From Eledone cirrhosa (lineage: Eukaryota), in contig OZ024740.1 of the NCBI GenBank assembly GCA_964016885.1, positions 136,152,001 to 136,216,000 of the forward strand: DNA of 64,000 nt, read 5' to 3'. Position 1 is the first letter of the stretch; each line of letters starts with the position of its first letter. Made by a program: the position numbers and the translations under genes. Of the stretch, positions 1 through 12,420 are shown piece by piece. The notes beneath the pieces were generated by a model. The model had not been told where the DNA came from. It did not search any database and saw only the letters and a program-made list of their open reading frames with translations.

Positions 1-25
1 ATATATATATATATATACACACACG

Positions 26-68
<43 letters not shown>

Positions 69-71
69 ATG

Positions 72-184
72 AAAAGATTCAGGACCCCGACGGTTGAGCT
101 CCAGCCGTCGGGATCCTGAATCGTTTAATATTACCCACTCTACTACCCCAAGTATCGAACACTCTGGTGGGTTATAGTCTAGTT

Positions 185-189
<5 letters not shown>
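72..189. mobile_element. Short hairpin-plus-tail element inserted in (TA)n
   Basis: Near-perfect hairpin gattcaggaccccgacgg...ccgtcgggatcctgaatc (76-122), then a unique tail, flanked by (TA)n. The reverse complement of the tail recurs at about 4025-4108. Confidence 0.6.
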
Positions 190-269
<80 letters not shown>

Positions 270-1414
270 ATATATATACATATGGAAATTTAGCTAAAAT
301 AGAAAATCGTAAACACTGGAAATCTACAAGTTCCGGATTCTTGTGGCAGCGTATATACACAAAATAAGCACATTTCGTTCTCTACGTTTCGCGGGAAACA
401 TGTACAAAAAGTAAGCACGTTTCGTTGTTTACGTTTCGGCTTTCGATTCTGCTACCGGGGAATTTATCTTTGCTTTAATGAAACACGTAAATAGGACTGT
501 GCCGGGTTTCCTTCATCAGCCGTTCCATTGTATTTCAGTTCATAAACAAGGCCATTTTTCAATAACACTATTCTTTGTTGTCATATAGAAATATAAATTA
601 ACTTACCAACAACGATGATCATATAACTTGTCATAATAGTGCTCTGTGAAATAGGCATTTGACAGATCGTGTGATGGGATGTCATAATATTGTTGTTCTT
701 CTTCTTATGCTGTCCTCACACTGTATCTGTATAACATGGGAAGTCAGAAAGTAAAATGATTCGTTTTACAAAAGAAATCCTCATATTTATATATTATCTG
801 GCGTATGGATATGTTCACCACCGCCAACACCAGTGTCACAGACATTCCAGCGTTATTAGAAACAAACATCCCAGGGATCCCCACTACATAAATTCCAATG
901 CAGAAGCTAACAAGACACCATCACTGTCTCACTATTGACCCCACACTATACATACGTACACGCACAAGAGACCACCACTTCCGCCATTACCTCTTCCTGT
1001 ATTTACCAATATGACAGCTGTCTTTACTACCCTCCCTATCACAAACATTATCTCTATATTTGCTAATACAATCACTGTGGTACAGCCAATACCATCACTA
1101 TTATATAACAACAAAATAAACATCAAGAAGATTGAGAAGGAGGAGGAAGGGGAGAAAAATCAACTTTGCAAACAACGATGATGACTTCTAAACAGAAGCA
1201 AAAAGTGACTAAATTAGATAGGAAAGAGTGTAACTATTTTTGGACCCAGTTAAAGGATATAAATGAAATAAGGATATAAGTTTAATTGATATCGATCTGT
1301 TTATAATATTTGGTACTTCTCATAATGTTTCTTTATATTCTAGTCACCCGACAGAAAACTATGTCTTAGCCAAATCTAGGAACTAGGGAAAATCTCAGAA
1401 ACAGTAAGGTTTCT

Positions 1415-1590
1415 TTATTGTTTCTACATTTGGCACAAAGCCAATAAAAGTTGATTAAATCGACCCTAGTGCATTACTGGTACTTTATTTGATGGACCAT
1501 GTAAGGATGAAAGGCAAAACTAACCTCAGCGGGATTTGAACTCAAAACGTAAAGAGTCTGAATAAATACCTAATGGCTATACCAAACCAC
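1415..1590 (-). mobile_element. tRNA-derived SINE, major family, decayed copy
   Basis: Matches the family consensus (gtaaggatgaaaggcaaa..aacctc.gcgggatttgaactca). Confidence 0.75.
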
Positions 1591-2529
1591 CGCCACCATA
1601 ATAACAACAATAAAGTAACGCCAAGAGGTCAATTTAATCGACCCCCCCCCCCCCAAAAAAAAAAAAGAATTTTGGGCCTTGTACCTAAATCAGAAACCAT
1701 TAGTAGCTACAAAGAGTTTATTAAATATAATACATTATACATCAAAATATGGAGATTACAATGTGGAATTTCTATGTGATCTTCGGCCTTCGGCGGTCTT
1801 TAGTACTTGTATAACCATCTAGACTCCTCTCCCCACATACACTTATCATTTGCCCATTCTCTGCCACGAAAGTCTCGACGAGCCAAGGGTCAACATTGAT
1901 ACACATATCCTTTATCGTGACCCTTCTTCTCAGCCTCCACATTTATTGTTGTACGAGCTTCTGTGTAAAGCACCAGCTCGGCCTTTCTGTTTGCCTCCAT
2001 CGGTTTCAAATATTACACAAATAGTTCTATAGTTTCATCATCAGAAAGTGTAAAATGTTATTCCCCATATCGACTGAAGCTGGCTGCAATTGCTCTCTCG
2101 AAGGCGCGATAAACTCTCTTGTGTGTTTCGAGATGCAAAAATAAGTTATATTCTTTTTTTCCCCTTACTATTCGATAAGAGACTGAGATATTGATGCTCC
2201 TTCCCTTATTACACACAACTCTCCTCAGCAGATTTCCTCCTGATTATCTAAGTCCCATCTGTTTGGAGTAAATCTAGTTAATGATGGCTTTCAAAGTTTT
2301 CCCTATTTCTAAATTTTAAATTTCCATTATTTTTAGCTGTTATTTTCTAACAGAAAATCTTTATTTGTTTAAATAAATGTATTCTGCCGAGGAATTGAAT
2401 TTATTTATGATATTTTTCTATTTACTGATTGTAAAAACATGTTTATCATCTTCGAATTTTTTACGGATGAAATTTTAAACATTGTAGCCATATATATATT
2501 TTTTTAATATTTGCTTTCAAGTGATAAAA

Positions 2530-3315
2530 CATATTTTATTTTATGGATCCCCTGGAAATATGAAAGGCAAAGTTAACATCGATGGGGTTTGAACCCAGAA
2601 TATAAAGAGTTGTAAAAAATACCATAAGGCATTTTGTTCAACGCTCCATTGCCCTAACAACAATAATAATTATTTCTACTTTTTGGCACAAGGCCAGCAA
2701 TTATCCCAGTGCATTACTGGTACTTTATTTTATCGACCCCGTAAGGATGAAATGCAAAGTTAACCTCGGCAGGATTTGAACTCAGACCTTAAAGGGCCGT
2801 AACTCTATGCTGCAAAGCATAGCGTCCGACCCTCTACCGATACTGCCAATCCACTGCCTAACAACAATAATAATTGTTTCTACTTTTGGCACAAGGCCAG
2901 CAAATACCCAGTGTATTACTGCTACTTTATTTTATCGACCCAGTAAGGATGAAAGGCAAAGTTAACCTCGGCGGGATTTGAACACAGAATGGCAAGGGCC
3001 GTAACTTTATGCGTCAAAGCATGGCGTTCGACCTTCTACCGATACTGCCAATCCACCGCCTAAAACTCAATGTTCTGGTTAAGTCTGGCGCCTTAGACCG
3101 CTCGGCCTTTCTGATTAGGTATAAGGCCAACAATTTTGAGGGAGAGGGAAATCGATTAAATCGGCCCTGGTTCGTTACTGGCACTTCATTTTATCGACCT
3201 CGCAAGGATGAAAGGCAAAGCTAACCTCGGTGGGATTTGAACTCAGAACGTATGTAACTCTATGTCGCTAATCATGGTTTCCGACGTCCTACCGATACTG
3301 CCAATCCACCGCCTC
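2530..3315 (-). mobile_element. Cluster of four major-family SINE copies
   Basis: Copies at about 2535-2650, 2670-2860, 2872-3060 and 3115-3315. Each has a B-box-like motif (g..ttcaaa.cc on the minus strand) and the core gcctttcatccttacggggtcgataaaataaagtaccag, degenerate in the first copy. The string cctaacaacaataataatt is duplicated at about 2653 and 2857. Confidence 0.85.
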
Positions 3316-3317
3316 CC

Positions 3318-3352
<35 letters not shown>

Positions 3353-3965
3353 GTTATTTGCTACAATGGCAACACAAATACAAAAAAAAATGTTCAAATA
3401 AACTGGTGAAGACAAACATTTTGTGGAAAGCATGTGTATAGAAAATCCAACAAAGCAAATGACAAATACGGAATGTAAACAGCATAAAGTTAATATATAC
3501 ATAATACAGTCACATGTATGATAGACCTTGGATCAGTCTTCCAGTTGTTCGAATAACAGAACTACCTACACATTGAATTTAATATATGTGGTTCAATATT
3601 CCACAAACGCTTGTAAACTTGACATAATCTTTATGCACACTCGGCGTGTCATCGTGATACAAGGTTAGGCCTTCCAATTTACACGTACAGTCCATCCGAT
3701 TGGTTTCCACACACACACACACATATAAACAAACGTGTGTGTGTTTGTTTGTATGCGCATATGTGCCTTATTTCCGTGTGAGTTTCGGTTGAAGTATCAG
3801 TGTGTTCAGACGTGATAACAACATAACAAAAGGTATATTGTTATTTGTTTACGTTGTTACATTACTGTCCTAGTCGAAAGATACTCCCATGTTGTCCTCT
3901 CTTTCTATGTTGTTATGTTATCTCCTATATAAGGATATATATATATATGTATATATATATTTGTA

Positions 3966-4000
<35 letters not shown>

Positions 4001-4001
<1 letters not shown>

Positions 4002-4243
4002 ACAAAGAGGGTGTGGTAAGACACCAAGTGGACCATAACGCACCAGAGTACTCAATACTTATGGTAGTAGGGTGGATAATAGGACCCCGACGGCTGAGCT
4101 CCGGCCGTTTCGACAGCTAGAGCCTTCTCCTGATGAAGGGCTTATGCCCGAAACGTCGTTTCCCCCCTCCCTCACTCTCAAGAGCGTGAACCTAATAAAC
4201 TTTTATTTGTACTGCCTCTCTGTTTTTGTTTCCGTCCAAGGTT

Positions 4244-4247
<4 letters not shown>
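4001..4247 (+). mobile_element. PLE pseudo-LTR remnant in (TA)n
   Basis: Bounded by (TA)n on both sides and carries a hammerhead motif. The downstream gcgt.aacctaata resembles the pLTR at about 50060-50075. Confidence 0.65.
4122..4162 (+). ncRNA. Minimal type I hammerhead ribozyme motif
   Basis: CTGATGA-a-gggc-ttat-gccc-GAAA-cg-TC. Catalytic core and stem II are intact; stem I pairs poorly. Confidence 0.65.
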
Positions 4248-4296
<49 letters not shown>

Positions 4297-4786
4297 TTAT
4301 ATGTGTGTGTGTATATATATAGGAGATAACACAACCTTCATACATTCAAACGATACCTGAAAAAATTCCTCCGGTACAAAAAGCGATGTTAGCGAACTCA
4401 TCTAAATCAATAGGTATAATAGACCAGGAGAAATGTTGTATGACTGGCCTCTCGCAAACACACACACACACACACACGCGCGCGCGTGATGTCTTTTACC
4501 ACGATCTAGTGGCAAGTAATCGGCCAGCTTGTTTCAATTATCGAAAGATAGCTAGTCGAATGTTTCTTTTAACCACTGATGCAAACGTATTACTCTTCCT
4601 AGCTGTTGTTGAATTATTCGTTTCTTCCATTGCCTTTCAATATTTAGAAAAGAAAATTCTGGTTCAACATCTAAGATTGGTCTGATTACAACACCGAGAC
4701 CCTTCTATGAATGACGAAGAATAGTGACAAGTGGCACCCCAACGACTGTCTGCACTAGTTGCGGGAACGTCATTGATGTTCAATAA

Positions 4787-6494
4787 CACCGTGTAACAAA
4801 AAAAAATTCTTTTCTCTGTTCCTGGCTTGTAATCACTTTTTTTGTGTTGCTTATAAATAAATAAAAAAAGTGCTATTAAACAGTTAAAAGTTTGGGTTTG
4901 TAAAAATTCTAAGCTATTCACTAGAATTATTTGTATGCTGTATTTTACGTTGTATGTAAGTTTAATTTGCTTATGTTAAATGATTTTTTTTTATATATAT
5001 GTTTCAGGTTAAATTAAAATTATAAAATAAAGAGTAATACCTAAAGAAAATTATAAACGTGCAATAAAGTATAAAATTGTTAAAAAGTGGATTAAAGAGG
5101 TTTATTGATACTGAATTTTCGCACCCCGAATAAAGGGTAAGTTGTGTTTTAAGCATTCGTCTCCAGAATGAAGCAGTGGAACTTGGTCAAGGAGGAAGTG
5201 CAGGTGACAAGTCAGAGAAGTCGACACGAACCTTTCTCAGGCTTTTACACTCTTAGGGATGGCCTCTGCTTCTGCCATGACGTGCCTGGACTGTTTGACG
5301 TTATTGGGGTGCCGTTTGTGCCCAAGGAGTGGCGGGTATTTATAGACAGCTCCACCACAAGTTTGAAGGCTGTCCTCCTCCACATGGAAACAAGTTCCCG
5401 ACACTGCCTCTAACTCATTCAGTCTGCCTGAAGGAAGATTACTACAGTGTGAAAGTCCTCTTGGAAGCTCTGCAATACAACCAGTACAATTGGGAAATCA
5501 TTGGAGACTTCAAGATGGTGGCTTTCCTGCTTAAACTCCAAGGAGGCTTTATCAAATTCCAATGCTTCCTCTGCCTTTGGGACAGCAGAGATACCTCTGA
5601 CCACTGCAAAAGAAAGAACTGGGAACAGCGAACAGAATTTGTAGTTGGGACCCGGAACGTCATGTGGGAACCACTGGTTGATCCCAGGATTGTGCTCATG
5701 CCGCCACTGCACATTAAGTTGGGGTTGATGAAGCAGTTTGTGAAGGCTCTCAACCAAGAATCAGCCGCTTTTAAGTACCTTCTTGAGTTCTTCCCCAAGT
5801 TATCTGAGGCCAAAATCAAAGTTGGAATTTTTGTTGGACCTCAGATAAAGAAGGTGTTTGAGTCTACAATAAGCTCAATAGGATTGAGAGAACAGCATGG
5901 AACTGTTTCAAGGCAGTTGTTAGAGGCTTCCTGGGCAACTATAGAGCTGAAAACTACCATCAACTGGTGCAGGATCTGATAAAGGCTTTTGGCGCCATGG
6001 GATGCAAGATGTCGCTTAAACTCCATATGCTGGACGCTCACCTGGAAAAATTCAAGGACAATATGGGCGCCTACTCAGAAGAACAAGGCGAACGATTCCA
6101 CCAAGATGTGAAAGAGATAGAGCGGAGGTACCAGGGCCACTACAATGAAAAAATGATGGGGGACTATATCTGGGGGCTAGTGCGAGAATGCGACCTGGAC
6201 TACAACCGCAAATCCAGGAAATCCAGTCATTTCTGACGTGTATAAGTTACTTTATAAGTGTTATTTGTTTTTACTTGTTTGCTTTTGATAAGTTTGTGTA
6301 ATAAAATAAATATATACTCTGTTGATTTAATGAACTGGTAAATTTTCTTGAAAAATATGAAAATTTTGAAATATCAAACATCTGACCACAAACCCAAACT
6401 TATGATTAAATAATAGTGTTTTTTCATAATAATGGGATATAATAAACCAGGAAATGACACTTATAACCGGGGAACAAAAATATGTTGCACGGTG
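4787..6494 (+). mobile_element. Chapaev3-like (CMC) DNA transposon, internally deleted
   Basis: TIRs caccgtgtaaca (4787) and tgttgcacggtg (6494), flanked by a 3-bp TAA TSD on both sides; transposase remnant inside. Confidence 0.85.
5168..6236 (+). pseudogene. Frameshifted Chapaev3-type DDE transposase (C-terminal part)
   Basis: Three overlapping ORFs carry WRVFIDSS, IIGDFKMV, CFLCLWDSR, PPLHIKLGLMKQFVKAL and SLKLHML..H..SEEQGERFHQD..ERRYQG..MMGDYIW. The N-terminus is missing. Confidence 0.8.
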
Positions 6495-6499
6495 TAATC

Positions 6500-6790
6500 A
6501 GGGTAAAAATAGACACTAGTCTGGACAAGGTTGTTTTGTGGAAGACCAGTAGTCGCCCATGCATACCAGGCTTCTCCTCTCCACGCCACCAATATTGTCC
6601 AAGGGAAAGAGAATGGCCGATACAGCTTGGCACTTGGGTCGCCGTAACTCATTTCTACAGCTGAGTAAACTGGAGCAATATGAAATAAAGTGTCTTGCTC
6701 AAGGACACAATGCATAACTCGGTTCAAGAATCAAACTCACAACCTCACAATTGCAAGCCCAATGCTCTAGCCACTAAGCCATACACCTTC
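6500..6790 (-). mobile_element. tRNA-derived SINE, second family
   Basis: Core ggagcaa..tgaaataaagtgtcttgctcaagg plus a tRNA-like head; related copies at about 59885-60150 and 62870-63090. Confidence 0.75.
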
Positions 6791-6926
6791 ACTACACTAA
6801 TCACAGAATTTATATTAACTATTATTGGACCAATAGTATTTAGTTTTTCCTTCATTTTTACATTTTCACATTCTTTCTAAAAAATATACTTTTACATAAC
6901 GTCATTGTGAACAATAACAATATATA

Positions 6927-7027
6927 CAGGGATGTCCCCAAAAATGTATACATACTTCAACAGCATTTTAATAAATATTACATGTACATGTAATCAAAGT
7001 GTGTATACATTTTGGGAGGATGCCCTG
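6927..7027. mobile_element. Tc1/mariner-type MITE, about 100 bp
   Basis: TIRs caggg..tcccca.aaatgtataca / tgtatacatttt.gga...ccctg with TA flanks; an inverted sister copy lies at 23690-23787. Confidence 0.8.
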
Positions 7028-7425
7028 TATATTGGGATTAAGGTGGCGAGTTGGCAGATTCATTAGAACGGCGGATAGAATATTTTGTCTTTCATCCTTT
7101 TGATGTCGATAAATAGAGTACATGTCTAGTATTGGGTCTATTGTTCCCTCCACACACACTTTCTCCATCCCTCTCACTAAAACATAGGTAGTGTTCAAAC
7201 CTGGAGAGGGGTGGAATCCGCAAGGTTTAAATGCCCGTGACACGCGATCTAGTGGCAAATAATCAGCCAGCTTGTTTAGATTCCATGCATGCAATGCATA
7301 TTCGAAGTTAGAAGAAAGAGAAAGAAATAAGTTAGTTGGGATTTTGTTTCGAAAAACTGGTGTTATCGAGCATAACCTTCGCCTCGGCATCGAGGTAAGT
7401 GCGGTGGATGCATGCACTTTACTGT

Positions 7426-7727
7426 CGTTACAGTTCGTCAGCATTCGCTTACATCTACTTAGATGCTGAGGTATAAAACACAATGTCATCTTATAGATTT
7501 TCTAAACAAATTGATTTTGGTAAAGGCATGTTTATATATAGTGCAAGCTTGACAGGCTAGTGTTAATAAGCGATGGCACCAGCACAGCGTGGTTCAGAAT
7601 AAAGGCGTATGTAAACCCAAATACAATATATTTACGTGTAATAAACATTCGTTTAGTCTCGCTGTGAGTATTCTAAGTTATGATCAGTATCTGGAGTAAG
7701 TAGAGCGAGTGCTGAAGAACTGTAACA
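7426..7727. mobile_element. Unclassified element with terminal inverted repeats
   Basis: cgttacagttcgtcagcattcgct versus agcgagtgctgaagaactgtaaca, extending imperfectly to about 45 bp; no TSD found. Confidence 0.5.
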
Positions 7728-8094
7728 GAAGAGAAATGCATTCTTCCAGTGCCCTTACTTCGATTCTTCGGTAGCTGTGGCGTGATCTGACCTTAAAGTA
7801 ATCACAGTGAGACCAAATGTACGTTTATTATACATAAATATATTATATATGAGTTCATATATGTCTTTATTAGTTTAGTCTAACTCCGTATATTCATTAA
7901 AGTATGATCAACATTTCAAAGATCAACACTACAGTGCCTAGTAGTGTAATACATAAGTTAACTTCATGTAATAGGTAAAGTTTTGATTGTATAGAAAACA
8001 TACAAATAAACAGAAAGCTTATAATTGTTTCATCTCGTCTAGAAAACATTTTTAGGAACAAATGATTCTTTCTTTATTTTTTTATTTTCTTACT

Positions 8095-8300
8095 TACCAT
8101 AGACACAAGGCTAGCCATTTGAGGGGTGGGGAAAGTCGATTAAATCGAACCAGTTCGTTATTGGAACTTTATTTATCGCCCCGTAAGGATGAAAGACAAA
8201 GCTAACCTCGGCGGGATTTGAATTCAGAACGTAAAGGGCCGTAACTCTGGGCTATACAGCAGGTTGCCCGTCGCCCTACCGATTCTGCCAATCCATTGCT
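8095..8300 (-). mobile_element. Major-family SINE
   Basis: Consensus match. Confidence 0.8.
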
Positions 8301-9491
8301 TATCATAATGATGCATCTTCATAACACTATGTATTTTATAGTTTCTAAAGAAATAATTGCTCCTGGTATTTTTCTGCCTTGTGCTGCATTGAGTCAGGTG
8401 ACATTTTAAACACACTGTTACAAGATCGACTATATATATTTTTTTTAATGTTGTGCTGTCATGTTTGAGTATATGTAGGCGTATATATGAAGTGCGTTCG
8501 TTTGAATACGCGATGTTGCATTTATATGTGACAGAATGTTATTAGTTTTAATTTATCTACGTGTGAATGTTGCAGAGAAAAAAAGCCTTTAATCAGATTG
8601 ACCTGGAATTTTTTTCATTTTGGAAATTAAATGTCATTGGTAATTTCTGCTAATTTGAAGAATATATACGTATGAACAGAAAAATATTCCAAGAAAAAGA
8701 GGCCTGGTAGAAAGAAAAAGTAGCATATTCTCTTTAAGAGAAACGCTTCAATGCGGAAGTAAATTTAGAATTAAGATATAGAAAGGCGAGTACTAAGAGG
8801 TAAAAGTAATAATGTATTCGTAGTTTGAAGCAATGAATTCTATTCAATGAAATCTTGTGGGATTTTTCCTGCCAGCAAGTTAGGTTATTTGTTCTAAAAC
8901 TATATTGTTATAAATGTATATTGATTGGCAATGGAGTTGTAACAGCAACAAGGTTATAACAATTCCTGAGAAATTCGTTTACCAGGACTGCTAGAACTTA
9001 CATCTTTAGACATTGCACTGAAATCTCCATGTCTTTCTCTAGCTACTCAATTATTACACATTACATACGGTTCGCTATTGTCAATGTTCTTGCGGTTACT
9101 AAATCTGGTATTGTTGTTTACTGCTAGATAAGACATATTTGAGCAAACAAACTTATGATCAAAGACAGTCTTATATCTTATAACAGTGTATCTAGAACTA
9201 CATTTTCAAATGTTTCCTTTCCCTTTCAAGATGGTGATGAATGACCTGGGCAGGAATTTGTTGCTATTTCTAGCCAGTCGAAATAGTGCATAAGCGTTTC
9301 GCTTTAGCTCGGGTTAAAGTCACATGATATCCAGGAGGATATTTCATTCGCTTTACACCCAGGAACCGAATATAGTGGAGCAAAGTAGTGAGAAATGGGT
9401 ACAAATTGGGAAACAAGCAACGAATTTGGTATGACAACTAACAATATCACCATAAAACAAAATTAACATTCGGCCACCGACATATATGTGA

Positions 9492-9549
<58 letters not shown>

Positions 9550-9874
9550 TCGCATATATATATATACACGTGATAATTTTCACCCCTTTCGAATTTTTTA
9601 TTGGCAGCGATCACTTTGGGAAAAAATCGGTCCTAATTGAGGGAGTCTCTTGATAAGCATGAAGCCTCATAGATAATGCAACGATTATATATTTCCACAA
9701 AGCACAAGCGAAACTGTCGACAGTCGGAGCTAGAGGAATATTGGTAAACATTTATCTACTTTTTCTTCAAACTTACATTTTAAACTTAGCTCCGTTTAAT
9801 TGATTATTTATTTAGTTAATTTCTCCGGACTAAGAAGAAAAATTAGGTAAATTTGATCTGCCTATTCTTCAAAC

Positions 9875-9925
<51 letters not shown>

Positions 9926-9986
9926 AATTTCAAAGATAGCGGACAGTTTTCCAATAAGGCGCCAGAATTGTTCTATATTTAATATA

Positions 9987-11270
9987 CTAGCAGAGGTACC
10001 CCGGAGAGACTGGCAAACCAAGTACTTAAATGGAGCCCGCAGGGAAGCAGACGGAGAGGGCGACCCAAAATGAACTGGCACCAGACAGTTGAGAGGGACC
10101 TGCGAGCGACAAACAGACAATGGCGGGACGCTGTACAACTGGCTGCTGACCTAACGCGATGGAACACTATAATTGCCTCATGCGTCGCAAGACGCGGGAG
10201 CTTCTGAGCTGAGAGGTACCCGGCGTTGCTCGGGTATTAAATAGCAGTTGTGTATACCATTTATGTCAATACTTCAGTGCTGCTTCGAAAACTATACTTT
10301 TACAAAATTATCGGCTTTTTCCAAAAGGGAGTTCCTGCCCCCAGGGGTCCCCTACTCAATATGTGCCAATTCTGAGAGTTCACATTCATCTGTAGGACAA
10401 ACGTAGCCCATGTGTCAAGTTTTGTGAAAATCGGTTGCGAACTCCAGAAGTTATGACGTTTTCTTGCATTGCACTGCAGTGCTTCAGTCGACTCCAAGGA
10501 AGTGGTTAAAGGGGGTTATCTGCCGGGAGGCCCTATAATCAATATCTGGAAAAATGAAAGTGCCCATGACCATCCGGAGTACATAAGTAACCTATGTCTT
10601 AAGTTTGGTGAAAATACTGTAGAAATGCATAAGGTTTATACATACGCGCGCGCGCGTGTGCCTCTGTGTGGGGGGGGGGGGGTATGTATTTGTGTGTGCG
10701 TATGTATGTGTATGTCCGTCGGGGCATACGTATGTACTGGCCTAAATCTTCACTATTTACTTTTACTATTTTAATAACCTCTGTCATTTTCGTTTTCAAT
10801 TTTATTTACATCATTCTTAAATGCCGGGGCTGGAAATCTTTCTGTTATTTTAAATAGAATATTAGTCTAACGACTCAATTTATACCATAAACTTGGTCTT
10901 GTCTTTGCATGAAATTGTTCTCCCATCGTTCCACATAACGACGTATTATCCTCGCTTTTTTCCGTTCATTGTCAGGGAACATCTTCACGAACTAAAATAT
11001 CATCTTCTTGTTTTCCTTCGGTTGCAACGTTTCTCGAAATATTTACTTCTGCGTTCACAGATTAATCTGTTCAATTTGAATGGGAAATTCCTGTTTCATC
11101 GATTTTCTCCGTAACCATGGAAGCTTGTAGCTTGAAAGTCGACCCAACGCCTCCTCGGGTCATTCTGCATAACTGTGTAAATTTTCGCTGCATTCCACCA
11201 AGCTGTTTCGACGTTTATCCGACTACACCTACATATACAACGTCCGACCACTTCCAATTTATATAGTAGA
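9987..11270 (-). mobile_element. Non-autonomous Helitron
   Basis: The minus strand begins A|TCTACTATATAA at 11270 and ends with the hairpin cccgagcaacgccggg then CTAG|T at 9987, the canonical A-T insertion with no TSD. Confidence 0.8.
10002..10211 (+). mobile_element. 5'-truncated RTE LINE 3' end
   Basis: Translates ERLANQVLKWSPQGSRRRGRPKMNWHQTVERDL...; 10-bp TSD agaggtaccc at 9992-10001 and 10212-10221. Confidence 0.85.
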
Positions 11271-12059
11271 TTTACATTCTAGACAGGCTAATATACTTTT
11301 TTGTTTTTATGAATTTGTCAATATGACCACAACATTGCCACTTGAAGGTAAAAAGGTTGAAATGTACGTATTTTATCGAACAGTAGATTACTACTGCTTT
11401 CTTTTTCTTTCTGTTATGATCAGTGCGTTGGGACGCACACGTTTCCAATTTTCTTCTTTTCGCAGACGTCTTTTCTTTTTCGCTGACGTCCACGATTTTT
11501 GTCTCCGTGGACACGTCCACGTGGGCAGATAAATTAAAACGAATAACACACTCTCACCGGTAAATGCAACAAAGGTTGTAATGAGCTTATTTTGTCAAGA
11601 ATAGATTACTGGTACTTTTTTGTATCGACTCCAGATAAACTAAAAGCAATCAAATTTGATCCTTTCGGGAGGTTATAATTAACTTTAGTCTCTACTATAT
11701 TGGAATATTTTTCCATCCCCGTAAGGGAATCGGATAGGAATAAACAAAGTGTAATTATTTTTGTTAAAATGTAGAATAGAATTACTTTACAGGCAAGAAA
11801 ATTAACGTTCAATAAACGTTTTCTGGTTTCCGGAACAGAGACGGTCAGTTTTTACTGATAGCGCTTCTTCTTTTCGTGGCAGGAACAGGAATAAAGAATA
11901 GATTCTGAAGGCAATTTACATTGTTGCGCTTTTTACATTAGCTTGTTTCATTTAGGCTGTTGATGTATTTATTTATTCATTTGTATTATGTTTGAAGCCT
12001 TTCAATTGTGGTGGGTTCTAAAGAATTAATTCTGTAACCTTTTGTTGTGCTAAAACCAT

Positions 12060-12420
12060 GTGTGAATACACCCACACTCCGACGCATGCGCTCACAAACA
12101 TTAGCACGCATGCATACACAAATATGCACACAGGCGTACGAATGCCAACTCGTGGGTGTGTGTGTATGTGTGTTTGCGACTGTGTGAGTATGTATATATA
12201 TGTTTGTATGTATGTGCGTGTGAGAGAGTGTGTCTGCGAATATGTGCGTGCGTGTGCGAATGAGTGTGTGCGTGCACGAGTGAGTGTGTGTATGTGTGTG
12301 TGAATGTGTCTGTGTGGGCGAGTGTGTGCATGTGTGTGTGTTTGTATGTGCGTGGGGGTGGGGAGATGATGTGGGTGTGTGGGTGTATTTATGTGTATGT
12401 CTGTGCGCACGTGTATACTA
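12060..12420. repeat. Degenerate (TG)n/(CA)n microsatellite
   Basis: Visible dinucleotide array. Confidence 0.85.

Noticed and set aside
285-545. Hammerhead on the minus strand (ggctgatgaagg)
   Set aside because: The core start is present, but I could not pair it with a GAAA and stems I and III; possibly a decayed PLE remnant.
5419-5819. Minus-strand ORFs over the transposase and LINE remnants
   Set aside because: They are shadow frames of real coding remnants on the opposite strand.
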